A DNA stretch of 64,000 bases from Amoebophrya sp. A120. Lineage: Eukaryota; Protista; Dinoflagellata. The notes below the pieces were generated by a model. The model saw only the letters and a list, made by a program, of their open reading frames with translations, did not search any database and had not been told where the DNA came from. The DNA lies in the NCBI GenBank assembly GCA_905178155.1, contig CAJINV010000001.1:10383432-10447431 (forward strand), given 5' to 3'. A program made the position numbers and the translations under genes. Below are positions 26,309 to 37,800 of the stretch, piece by piece. Within the stretch, counting starts at the first letter, position 1. Every line of letters begins with the position of its first letter.

Positions 26309-26912
26309 ATGTCAAATGTCCAAGTTCTATGGGGGACTGCCAAGGTGGAGGCTGACGGCTATCTTCATGTCAACAAAATTACCAATGCAAACGACGAGAC
26401 GAAGAAGTCCGTGAAGGAATTGAAGTTGCTGAATCTCTCGAGTTTCACGGTTGCTGGAAGCGAGGATAAGAACTTCAAACCGTCCCGCTTCCTGACAAAA
26501 GTAGGTGGCCAGGGCGACTTATGGTACCACTGCGATTCCCGTAACGACAAGAACAGTGTACAAGCTGCATTGGGCGGTGGTCACAACGTTCAGAAATTGA
26601 CCTACTGGTATGTAAATTGAGGATTCGCTTGGCTCCGTTTTTTCACTAACGTCTGGCTCTAGTCGTTTGATTTTGTAGAGCCACCTTATAGTTCATCATC
26701 AGTTCTTGCGTTAACGTCGTCCATGCTGCATTTCCGCCCTCGACATCAATAAATATGATTCACATTCAGCATCTGGATCTCTAACAATGAATACCAAAAT
26801 CAGGATTGACATCGAAGTCTTCAACGCGGACAAGGTTGCGGAGCACCAACGCGTAGCTGACATTTCCGCGCCGGTGATTTTCCAGTTCGACGCGAGTCGT
26901 GGCGCTGCCTAA
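26309..26912 (+). CDS. Small hypothetical protein, two exons
   Basis: ORF 26309 continues through GT-AG intron 26608-26803 into WIDIEVFNADKVAEH...RGAA*. Confidence 0.6.
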
Positions 26913-27800
26913 ATCCAGATTTAGGACGCGGCGCTCCGTCTCGGCTGCCAGCAAGCGGCGTGGAACGTCCAATCTCCAGAAAGTCAAAGTAGCAACATAA
27001 TGGATAGATATAACTACAAGATTTAGTTTTCATCGTAAAAATCGTAGACCTCCTCGACCATATTTTTGACACGGCTCTGTTATTGTTCTCTGCTAGTGGG
27101 ATTGTGATTTTTACAATGCATATCGACACTAGCGGGCGCGCACGCGGATGACCGATAATTATTTCCACCTCGTGACTTTTTTTATTAACTTCTCGCACAG
27201 ACATACATGTTAGTGTTACACGACGAGTCAGTGGTGCCCCTTGATGACACGACTACGAAACTGCATATGGAATGCAGCAGCTCCGCTGAAGACGTGAAGC
27301 TGGTCGTACATCGTAGCTTTGTGAAGCTGGCAGACTGCAGCTGCGCAGCCGAAGCCGTGCCTCTGTCTTTACAACTCGTATGTCTATTCAACTTGTATGT
27401 ATTCCGGAGAGTAGTCTCTCCACCTACAGTTTTCCGCCGTCACCGATTTACTGCTTAGAAAGATTTTCTTTTTTTCCGATTTCCATGTAGGTACGTTTTT
27501 TTTTTGAATTCCAATTTCACTCTTTCTAGTTTTTCCACCAGTTCTAGACATTTCGGTTTCGCGCAAGTCAATTATATAAAGAAGCAAATAATACTTTACT
27601 GCTCGCTCCAGAGTAGCTGTAGGATTGCAATCATGATGATCATGATGTTTTTTTTAAAAAAGGCCATGGAGAAGAAGGAAGTAGAGCCGTCGTCGAGCCC
27701 AGCACGATATAATAATCATCAAGGTTCTGTCAACAGCAACAGCATCAATCTCGATCGAGCCAAGAACCGGAACGCAAGGCAGGGCCCCCGACGCAGACTG

Positions 27801-28885
27801 GGACGACTTTTGGCCGTCCGACGGCCGTCGGACAACTTTGGGTCGTCCGACGGCCATCGGACAACTTTGGGTCGTCCGACGGCCGTCGGACAACATTTGG
27901 CCGTCCGACGGCCGTCGGACAACATTTGGCCGTCCGACGGCCGTCGGACGACTTCTGGCCGTCCGACGACCGTCGGACGACTTTTGGCCGTCCGACGGCC
28001 GTCGGACAACTTCTGGTTGTCCGACGGCCGTCGGACAACATTTGGCCGTCCGACGGCCGTCGGACAACTTTTGGTCGTCCGACGGCCGTCGGACGACTTT
28101 TGGCCGTCCGACGGCCGTCGGACAATATTTGGCTGTCCGACGGCCGTCGGTCCGACGGCCGTCGGACGACTNGCCGTCCGACGGCCGTCGGACAATATTT
28201 GGCTGTCCGACGGCCGTCGGTCCGACGGCCGTCGGACGACTTTTGGCCGTCCGACGGCCGTCGGACAACATTTGGCCGACAACATTTGGCCGTCCGACGG
28301 CCGTCGGACAACTTCTGGCCGTCCGACGGCCGTCGGACAACTCTTGGCCGTCCGACGGCCGTCGGACAACTCTTGGCCGTCCGACGGCCGTCGGACAACT
28401 CTTGGCCGTCCGACGGCCGTCGGACAACATTTGGCCGTCCGACGGCCGTCGGACAACATTTGGCCGTCCGACGGCCGTCGGACAACTTCTGGCCGTCCGA
28501 CGGCCGTCGGACAACTTCTGGTTGTCCGACGGCTGTCCGACGGCCGTCGGACAACATTTGGCCGTCCGACGGCCGTCGGACAACTTTTGGCCGTCCGACG
28601 GCCGTCGGACAACATCTGGCCGTCCGACGGCCGTCGGACAACATCTGGCCGTCCGACGGCCGTCGGACAACTGTCGGACAACATTTGGCCGTCCGACGGC
28701 CGTCGGACAACATTTGGACGGCCGTCCGGCGGCCGTCGGACGACTTTTGGGCCGTCGAACGACTTTTGGCTGTCCGACGGCCGTCGGACAATTTTTGGCC
28801 GTCCGACGGCCGTCGGACAACTTTCGATCGGCTGCCCGGCGGCCGTCGGACGACTTTCGATCGGCTGTCCGACGGCCGTCGGACA
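27801..28885. repeat. Tandem array of a ~29 bp unit containing the perfect 18 bp palindrome GTCCGACGGCCGTCGGAC
   Basis: Palindromes start at 27816, 27845, 27874 and onward, separated by ~11 bp near-identical linkers (AACATTTGGCC, GACTTTTGGCC). Roughly 35 units. An N at 28172 suggests a gap or collapse. Confidence 0.97.
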
Positions 28886-29605
28886 GATTTTCGGGTTGGG
28901 CAACCAAAGCCAAAACCAAAAGTCGTTCGACGGCCAAAATAAGCTCGGAGTGTTGTCTAACAGCCGACAGTTTAATGTCCGGCGGCCCGCAACTTAACAA
29001 AAGAGGAGGTAGCATTGATGTTCATGCGTTTCGGTATGCGTATGCACAGCACGCAGGAGAAGCGCGCCGGCCGGCATATCTGCATTTCAGACGAGAAATT
29101 GCTTGCAAAACATCACTCTGTGATAACGTGAAATGCCCTACGGTTCAATGAATTGTGTATATGAATACGCTGCACAGTCCAGGGCTCCAAGTAGTGATAT
29201 ACCAAACTTTACGTAGAAGAAACAAAACCAAAATCCTATTGAGATGAAATGACGCACGCTGCGACAGAACACGAGAGATGACTGTGGTGGAACGTTTTCT
29301 GTGTTGCCTCTGCCTGTCCCGCTTAACAGGGACACACTTAAGTACGTAAATTACGCAGGCGCTCTCTCTTGCTCCTCTTTTATCTTCTCAACAATCTCAC
29401 TATCGCTACAGCTTCTACACCATGCAACTAAAAAGTTAGTGCCAACTAATATTGAGTGCGACAAGCGCGAGCGCAAATGAAGTGTTGTGAGTCCTCTCAA
29501 AGATATCGGCGGCGAACATCATGACGCCGTAGAACTAGAAGGAAGACGAAGGTGGAAAGACGCAGGCAAGATTCTCCACAAAAATCTCACAGCGACGTAT
29601 ATATA

Positions 29606-32600
29606 ATGTGGCTGAAATCGTCGGGAGTTGTCTTCTTGGTGTTTGGCTTCCGCTCGACGTCCGCCGAAAACTTCGTCCACCTGATCGCTCCCGCGGACGT
29701 GCGCAAGGATGGCGGGCTCAAATTTCGAGCCAATCTCCCGGTCCCGGACACGGTTGAGGAACTGAAACAAAATTTCCGTGCGGCGCACCTGGAGCGCCAC
29801 GGACCCCCAGGCTACGATGAGTTTGACTTTTTCAGCACCCGCTTGGAGGAAGTGTTGCTCAGCGTGGACCAGCTGGAAGACGGCGACGAGCTCCGACTTT
29901 TTCGTAAACGCGGCACCCAAGCCCAACTCAGTCAAGCCCAGCAGGCTTCCGGGGCTGCCAGTGGCGGGACTGCAGGAGCAGTTGGTACTAGCGCGACGGG
30001 CGCTGGGGCGGCGAAGGGCAATGTGCCGGCGGCGACACCGCAAGCTTCTAAAAATGGGCGGAAAGATGCGGGCTCAGACGTCGCAAACACGAAGAAAGAC
30101 GCGCCATCCAACAGTACAAGCTCCCCCACTTCTCTCTCCGCGCGGGTTCAAGCACCCAATGCTCTATCCGTGACGCTTCCCGACGCCTCTTCCCCGTTCT
30201 ACGTGTCCGAACTGCTCTACATGCTGACACGCCCGCAGCTTTCCGATGCAGACCGAGATTTGGTTCTTCGCAGCCTCCGCGACGCGCAGCTGTCTGATTT
30301 TCAGCGAAAGCAGATCCTTGAGGACTTCCCCGTTACAGACTCAGTGTGTCAAGAGAGTTCCGATTCCTCTTTCCGGGAGTTTGCTACTGCGTACGTTCAT
30401 TTGAATCCGAGTGCCCGGGGTATCCTCCTGCTGGCTGACTGCGACCCCACATTTCGCGAATCGCTCGTACGTGCCCAGTTTGCCCGGCAGTGGGAGCAAT
30501 ATGGAAGTTTGCTGAGTGCTGGACAAGATGCCTCGGAAGGTCAGCCTGACACAGATCAAGGTGCGGACGCCGCGCAGTCGACCTTTTTCCCGGGCTACAT
30601 CGGACAGGGTGAAGCGATGCGAATGGTCAAGCCTCTTGTCTTGGAGCAGATGCTCGGTCGGCGCATCTCTGACGCGCCGCTGTCGTTTTTGTTTCTCGGC
30701 CCGTCTGGAGTGGGGAAAACCGAGCTGGCACGCAAGGTCGCAGAGAAAATTCACTGTCCAACAGCAGTAGAAAGTGCAAGTGGATCATCGCACCAGCCAC
30801 ACCACCCCAATTCATCCCCCTGCAACATCAAATCTCTGACCCAGTCCGGGAAATTCGTGGAGTTTAAGATGGGTAACTACCGCAACGAGGAGCAGTTCAC
30901 GAGCTGGATCGGGGTCCCGGACGGCGTCAAGGGGTCGGACGGGAAGCTCAGCGAGGTGCTGATGCAAAACCCAGACGCCGTGATCTACCTGGATGAAATC
31001 GAAAAAGCCATCTCCACCGCGGGGGACTTGCTTCTTGCGATGCTGGACAACAAGGGGAGCGTCCAGGTGGCCAAGACCGGCCAGCACATCAGCACGGTGA
31101 AGGCGACTTTCATCTTGAGCAGCAATTTGGCGACGAACGACATTTTGCAGGTCTGGTCTTACTACCCGCGCCTGCCCTACGAGCAGAAATACGCAAAAAT
31201 ATTGGAGAAGATCGACCCGGCGCTGGCGCAAAGCAAGATGTTCGCTCGTCCCGAGGTGCGCAACCGGATCGCCGCGATCGTGCCGTTTACGCCCTTTCTG
31301 CACAACGAGGTGCGACAGGTGATCTTACTGGAGCTGCAAAAGTTGCGGAAATCCTACAAAAGATCCGCGGGGTGGGGCCGTCCCAACATCGTGTGGACGG
31401 AGGAAGTCGTGGAGCTGTTTGCCGATCCGGTTCGTAACGTGCACTTCGAAAACGCGGTCTCCAAGGGAAATTTGCGCGAGCTGATCCGGTTTCTCGAGCA
31501 GTCTGTCAACCGGGCACTGAACACGGCGAAGGACTGCGAAAATCCGAAGTGCGACCTGTTGCAGACCGGACCGACAATTTGTCGTCCGAAAGCGTCCGAT
31601 CTCTTCTCCGGCGCGAGCGACAACTATGTTCTCGATGTCGACCCGCGGACGAAAACGCAGATCGTTGCGAACTCGGTCCCGGTGACCATTCGGGAGGCCT
31701 TTGTGTTCTGCGAGCTTTCCCCCCCGGAGCCGACCTTGTCTGAGGCGTTCTTCGGCGCAGCAGGGCCTGACGCGCCATCACTACTGGAGAATCCGTCGAA
31801 GTGGTTTTCCAATTTGTTTTACGACGCCCCGCAAAAGCGTCCGGCTATCATGCGACCAGGTAAGCAACCGCTGGGCTCAGCGAGTAGTTCATCCGCGTAT
31901 CATGATCACAGAGCTGCGCGTCAACCACAAAGAGTTTCAACATCGAGCTCTTCGCCTTCATCTGCGAGTTCTTCCGCAAGCGGGTCCTCTTCTGCAGCGA
32001 CGTCCAGCAGGTACGAAACGGAGATGGATTACGCCTATGACCGGCTGTGGACCTTTCTCTTCGAGTACCAGAAATCTTTTTCGATTGCCGTTGCCTGGAT
32101 TTTTTTCTTCAGCATCGGCTTTTGGTCTGCGGCCATCGCGTTTGCGGTGTTGAACTACGGAATTCTGCCACTATCCTACCTCGCGTACACGACCTGGCGG
32201 TCGCTGCCGCCCTCCGTGCAGCACGTGGTCATGGCCGGCGGGCGGGTCATCGGGCAGATTGGCAAGCAGGCTGTCCGCCGATTCGACATCAGCTTCATGC
32301 TTTTGCTGTTCCTCGAGTACCGATTCGGGCTGTGCCGCAAAGTTTTCTTCCAGCTGGTGCTACCCGTGCTGCGCATCATGTTCCGGAATTTCAGGACCCA
32401 CCTGAAAAATTTGCGCTCCACGGGGGCGGACGCGCTTGCAATAATCAACGACGGCGGGGAAGTAGGAGGTGGGATGAAAAGAAGAACTGAAGATAACACC
32501 ACCGGTATTGAGCTTGGCACGCTGCAGCGGAGGAGAACTAGAGGCTTGACTGCGCAAGGAGAGGCACCGTATTCATCCGCCGACGATGCCAAAACACTTG

Positions 32601-33265
32601 CAGATGCTATATTCGCGGCCGCCGGAACGCCAAGAAACGATGCCTCTCTTACTTTCACGCGCGAGAGCCTCGCCGATGCGATTAGGGCAGCAGCTTCATC
32701 GCGAGAAACAAAGACGACCGATGGTATGGGTGCTAACTTTAGTTCAGGCCTTTTAGCAGGGAGGAACGCGGCAGCGCTTTCCGCAGACAATGCGGATGCT
32801 GCCATGTATTCGCACCTGATTGATTCTGAGCAGGATGCTGTGCTACTCCGAGAACTGCTGCACACCATTCGTCGCGTTTGCAAGGAAGAAAACGACCAAT
32901 ATGGAGCACGCGGTACTACTATCTCAGGCACAGCTGGCAGCTCTACTGCTGCCGCCGCGACCGTACTATCCAAGTCGCCAGTCGCTCCAGATGACATCAA
33001 ATCGACAGCGGCAGCCAGCAGTGAGGCTGGGACAACTAACGGTAAGTCACAAGCAGCGTCGAGCAAAAGCTCCGCTGGTAGTCGCAGTCCTCCGGGGAGG
33101 AAAGTTAGCCCGTCACAATTCGTACATAGCGTCGAGGACAATAAACACGGAACTGGTGCTGCTGCTGCGTCGCGTAGGAATGAAAATGTTAGCCATGAGG
33201 ATGCAAACGCCGAAGATTCGCAGACAGAAGGAGGCGAGTCACCCGACATTAGAAAAAGACGATGA
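29606..33265 (+). CDS. ClpB-D2/torsin-like single AAA+ ATPase with putative signal peptide and transmembrane region
   Basis: Walker A FLFLGPSGVGKTELA, Walker B AVIYLDEIEKA, FILSSN, RPEVRNRI and GNLRE. Hydrophobic N-terminus and a hydrophobic segment at ~32075-32190. Confidence 0.85.
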   Translation: MWLKSSGVVFLVFGFRSTSAENFVHLIAPADVRKDGGLKFRANLPVPDTVEELKQNFRAAHLERHGPPGYDEFDFFSTRLEEVLLSVDQLEDGDELRLFRKRGTQAQLSQAQQASGAASGGTAGAVGTSATGAGAAKGNVPAATPQASKNGRKDAGSDVANTKKDAPSNSTSSPTSLSARVQAPNALSVTLPDASSPFYVSELLYMLTRPQLSDADRDLVLRSLRDAQLSDFQRKQILEDFPVTDSVCQESSDSSFREFATAYVHLNPSARGILLLADCDPTFRESLVRAQFARQWEQYGSLLSAGQDASEGQPDTDQGADAAQSTFFPGYIGQGEAMRMVKPLVLEQMLGRRISDAPLSFLFLGPSGVGKTELARKVAEKIHCPTAVESASGSSHQPHHPNSSPCNIKSLTQSGKFVEFKMGNYRNEEQFTSWIGVPDGVKGSDGKLSEVLMQNPDAVIYLDEIEKAISTAGDLLLAMLDNKGSVQVAKTGQHISTVKATFILSSNLATNDILQVWSYYPRLPYEQKYAKILEKIDPALAQSKMFARPEVRNRIAAIVPFTPFLHNEVRQVILLELQKLRKSYKRSAGWGRPNIVWTEEVVELFADPVRNVHFENAVSKGNLRELIRFLEQSVNRALNTAKDCENPKCDLLQTGPTICRPKASDLFSGASDNYVLDVDPRTKTQIVANSVPVTIREAFVFCELSPPEPTLSEAFFGAAGPDAPSLLENPSKWFSNLFYDAPQKRPAIMRPGKQPLGSASSSSAYHDHRAARQPQRVSTSSSSPSSASSSASGSSSAATSSRYETEMDYAYDRLWTFLFEYQKSFSIAVAWIFFFSIGFWSAAIAFAVLNYGILPLSYLAYTTWRSLPPSVQHVVMAGGRVIGQIGKQAVRRFDISFMLLLFLEYRFGLCRKVFFQLVLPVLRIMFRNFRTHLKNLRSTGADALAIINDGGEVGGGMKRRTEDNTTGIELGTLQRRRTRGLTAQGEAPYSSADDAKTLADAIFAAAGTPRNDASLTFTRESLADAIRAAASSRETKTTDGMGANFSSGLLAGRNAAALSADNADAAMYSHLIDSEQDAVLLRELLHTIRRVCKEENDQYGARGTTISGTAGSSTAAAATVLSKSPVAPDDIKSTAAASSEAGTTNGKSQAASSKSSAGSRSPPGRKVSPSQFVHSVEDNKHGTGAAAASRRNENVSHEDANAEDSQTEGGESPDIRKRR

Positions 33266-34820
33266 CACAGTTGTATTCATTGGAAGATGATGAACTCGTG
33301 CGTGACCACGCATAATATTTGACCGCATTGAATAGATGTACCTGCCACTGCGCATTCCATGAATTTCTAGAGACAATCGAAAAGCGACAACATTCAACAT
33401 CAGACTAACAACAAGCTGGCTTCGTGTTCTAGTACCGTCCTTACTTGCCATTCTTGGCGAAGACATGATCTCATAAACCTATGCATACACTGTACACCCA
33501 CGATGGCAGAATGACAACTTCATCTCTAGCTCTAATGCTACTGCATGGTTGGAATCGGATAAGATAAGAATATAAACGGTAGAACAAGTTACAAGAAGAT
33601 GAAGAACTGCGTTTAGGTTGTTACTACTACATAAGAAAAGATGCATCCTCTTATAGTACTGTGAATCCGATTTCCTTTGATGTGTGATACCGCAAAAGCT
33701 GTTCGACACCTTCCGAAAAGCAAACCACTTGCCAGTCCGACAAGACAAGGTAGATCCACTGACTTGTTGCGTTTCAAGTCTCTCCGTAACTAAGTGCTTA
33801 CATACTAGCCTAGCACTAAAACTTAGCTTGATGAATAGGGCTACTTATGGGCTTTATATCACACGTGTCTTCTAGGTAGTTTTAGAAAGAAGCTACTAGC
33901 GAACGAAATATTTTTCATGTAAACGCTTGTCCGATAGACTCTGCCCTGCGCGAGATTTTGCGGTCCGGCCATTTTGAGGATTTCTAAATCCTATCAATCA
34001 ACTTCTTTCGAGCATTCATTCTTGTAGTTGAGACCTGTTTCACACGAAAAAACAAGTTGAAGTAACGCCAAGCATAAGTACGAAAAAAGGTCACGTCTGC
34101 TGAAATCCATAGTAAAAGCAGTCAACAACCTCCTTTGAAGGTTTTTTAATACTGTTTGTATCATTTTTGCCCGCTGATTTTCCTCCGCGAGAGCGACGGC
34201 GTCCGATTCATTGAAAAAATCTTGTAAAAATTTTCCACAACTTCTAGGTTGTTAGCCGATTGTAAGATCTAGGGACGAAATCGATGGAATCTTAGCGGAG
34301 AAAGAATCTTTTCGCACTCCGGAAAAGTCATCAAAGTCGAAGACCGCCGCAAGGAGAAGATAATTCATTGGTGTTGGAAGAACGAAATAAAACACAAATC
34401 TACCTCCTCGGAAAGTCATATCGTGAGCAAGTAGTACTACGTCGAAGAAGCAAAAAGACAAGGGCATCACAAGGTCGGAAGTGAAGGACGTCACTTCGAT
34501 AAACGTCAACAGACAAATCAATACACTGTGGAGCTGCGACATCAGGTACCGAACCGAGCCAGGAAGTAAAGACAAGGACAGAAAGTGTGTCCTCTCGGAC
34601 AGAGATTGAACCGAGGGAATTATCTCCACCTGAAGTTTACCATTCTATGAAGACAGATGAGAACAAGAGGAACAGCAACGGAACCAGAAAAGCAAGACGA
34701 AGAGGACCAAAAACGAAAATAAAGAAAACTGCGGAACGGGAACTGCAGCCCCGCTAACGACAGCTGCAACAGAAACTTTGGTAGCCGTGCCCGTGCGTTG
34801 CGAAGAATAAATCTGCGAAA

Positions 34821-37800
34821 ATGACCGACGCAGTTACGGCCGCCAATGTTGATCCACAGGATCAAAAGCCTAAGCCTCCCACTTGGGAGCAGAGCACAGC
34901 CGCGCAAGGAGGTATGTTGGAATTTTTCCCGTCAGTTGCACGATGAATGATGAAATTCAAGATCCATGTCTTCTACTTTTTATCTGCTGATTGGTTTTCG
35001 CTGGGAAACTGCGTTTCAGTTTCGCTTGCTGTGTATGTGCGTTGGGACTTTCGAGTTGATGGAGAACCGGAGATCATACATTAATGTCGCGCCAATTCCT
35101 CACTTTTCAGTTTCGGTCGTGGAGAGCCGGGTGCGCGATGCATTGGTGGGGTGCGAGTTTCATGACGCCCGCGGGAATCCTATCAAAGCGCTGGAGGTGC
35201 GGGCATTTGGGAGCTGCCTCAACGGTTTCGGGACTGCCACCTCCGATGTGGATGTCACGTATTAACTCAACAGAGCTTTTTGTTTTTCTTTTGCTGTTCG
35301 TCTGCATGAGGAGGGACATGCTGTGTTCAGCAGATAGCGTTTATGATTAAGAAGTTCCGACGATGCCCACACCGGCAATGGTGGATGTTAGCATGGCCAT
35401 CTCCTTTCTCTTTTCAAAGTGATATCTTCCCATGATTCAGGCTCCTTACCCCGGAGGGTACCAGCGCGAACCCGTCGACCATCTTGAAAGTGGCGGCCAT
35501 GGCCTGCACCGAGGCGGGCTTTCAGAACGTGACCCGGATTCTCTGCGCCCAGGTTCCCGTACTGAAACTGACCGACCCTTCCACGGGGCTGGAGGTCGAT
35601 TTGTGCGTCAATAACCGCCTGGGGCTGCGCAACACGGAACTGCTGAAGGCGTACGTTGCCTTGGACCCGCGAGTGGCGCAACTGGGGAAAATTATCAAAA
35701 ATTGGGCCAAGTGGAAAGAAATTGTTGGTAAGAAGACGCTTCGTATTTATTTTCCCAGATTGGACCGCTACCGCGATGAGGGATTGAGGTGCCACCTGTA
35801 GTTTTGGTATGCGAAACCTTGTCAGTGCATCAAAACCCGCTATTTCCTAGGTACATGCGACGGATATTTAAATTCTTACGCGTACATCCTGATGGTGCTC
35901 TACTTCTTGCAACGCAAGCAGATTTTGCCGAATCTCCAGGAGCTTGCGAAACAATTTAACGATCCGTCCGTTCGGGTCTCCGGGGACGGCATCGGGGAAG
36001 CATGGTACTTGTAATGTAATTATGATCATGTGTGCTCCTACTATCTTCGTGATGAGAGCCTGCCCAACGCACAGATTTAGTATCGCGTAGAAGCCGCAGT
36101 TGTACAAGTAGACTCAGATTATTGAGTCTGGTTTGAAGATCTGCAAAGATGTAAGTAAGTACGTAATCCACCGCAGGGAAACGTGTTTTCACGACGGTTC
36201 GCAATGGTCTTCCCCGGCGAAGCCAACAGCGGATACTGCGAATGGCGATCTCTACAATTTGGCTATGGAGTTTTTCAACTTCTACAAGAGCTTCGATTGG
36301 AAGGTACAACTTATATTTTTTTTGCTTTTCCCCGACCCCGTAGATAGTTGTTTTTTATTTGGCGATTGAAACGAAGTGGAAGTCGTGTAGTGATGATGAA
36401 ATATGAATTGCCTGTGCAAAGACGAAAAAATGAACCCTCAACACTTTTTCAGACCAAAGCGGTGGCGATCAACGCCGGCCCACAAGACGTGGAGAAAGAC
36501 CGTCTCTTCGAGCGCAAGTCGTTCCAAAGCACGGCTCAGACGGTTTCGTACCTGCACACCCCGCCGAAGGATGGTGCTGTTGACGCCAACGGCTCAAGTA
36601 AAACGACGAGTCCCGGACTGAAAGTTGTCAACGCGACCACGTCTCCACCAAGCAGTGATCACGAAGGCGCGTCTGGCGACAGTGGCGCGGGTTCGCCCGC
36701 GCCTCGAAGCAGGGACACCTCCACTAGCCAGTCCGGAACGCCACCGCCCCCGCCGAGCGGAAATAGCAACGCAACTGAGCTCCTGCAGGTGGACCAGTGT
36801 AACGAGCACTGGTGGATTCAAGACCCGTTCGACCTGTACCACAACCTGGCCGGGAAATGCACCGCGCGTGCGAAGAAGCACGTTATTCAGTGCATGAGCG
36901 ATACCGTCGCGCTGATGCAGGCCCGAAGAGTTCACCCGCCGAGCAAGTCGCTGGAGGCGCTGCCGTGGTTGAATATGGATCCACTGGACGACAGCTACAA
37001 GTACTTCTTTTTGAACCTTTTTCTTCATGTTCATCTGCAAGTAATAGTGAATTTTTCTCGGCGATGTCATGCAGCTAGTACCTACAACTCTATGAATATT
37101 ACTCGAACAAGTCAATCCTCCATCCCAGAGCGCGTGATGAAGAAAAAAAATCTTCATCCTGAACAGGACAACTTACCTCCGGTTTCGGATTTCGGCCGAT
37201 GCTAATGTGACAGAGCAGCAGATCATGGGCCGCTTCTTGCGGTACCACGTGCAGAATGTCTATGTTTTGGAGCCTCCGGACCGTCCCAGGAGCCGCGACG
37301 TGATCATGTCCTTTGTTGGCCAGGCGACGCGTCGGGCCGCCCATGCGGAGAACGAAAACCACATTGGTAAAAAGATCAAAAATGTTAATTTTTCGTTTGC
37401 GACACGACCTGGTCGTGGTACTAAGGGTAACGCCCACGCATCGCAGCGACATATTAGAAGTGGAAGTCAGTGCTCAAAAAAAAATATAAAATGTGCCAAT
37501 GAGAATGGAGCAGCTCAAGCTACAACTACTATTTCTATGACCACGAACTCCAACTTTTTCTCAGGCGACTGGCAACTGCAGATGTCTCGCACGACGGAAG
37601 CTTTTTATCGGGACCTCGCACAGAAGGCCTTAAAGCACACCAAAATCGTGAACCCCCTGATCGAAGCGGCCAAAACCTCCGGACGCCAGCTTGTCTGCAC
37701 TCCGCCAACTGCGGCCGTGGTTCCTGGAGCAATGAGTATCATAAAATTTAAAGTTTTTGAGCAAGCTCTGTCAACACGTTAGTATGCTCTCCATTCATGT

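Noticed and set aside
27801-28885. CRISPR array
   Set aside because: Linkers are ~11 bp and nearly identical, not unique spacers. No cas genes, and the context is eukaryotic.
27504-29151. Six long overlapping ORFs (RRPSD/PTAVG repeats)
   Set aside because: Artefact of a stop-free palindromic repeat.
7165-33249. Long minus-strand ORFs (e.g. 7165-8139, 32176-33249)
   Set aside because: Antisense shadows of GC-rich + strand genes with no motifs.
33966-33977. GCCATTTTG resembling a dinoflagellate spliced-leader relic
   Set aside because: Only a 9 nt match and the flanks disagree.
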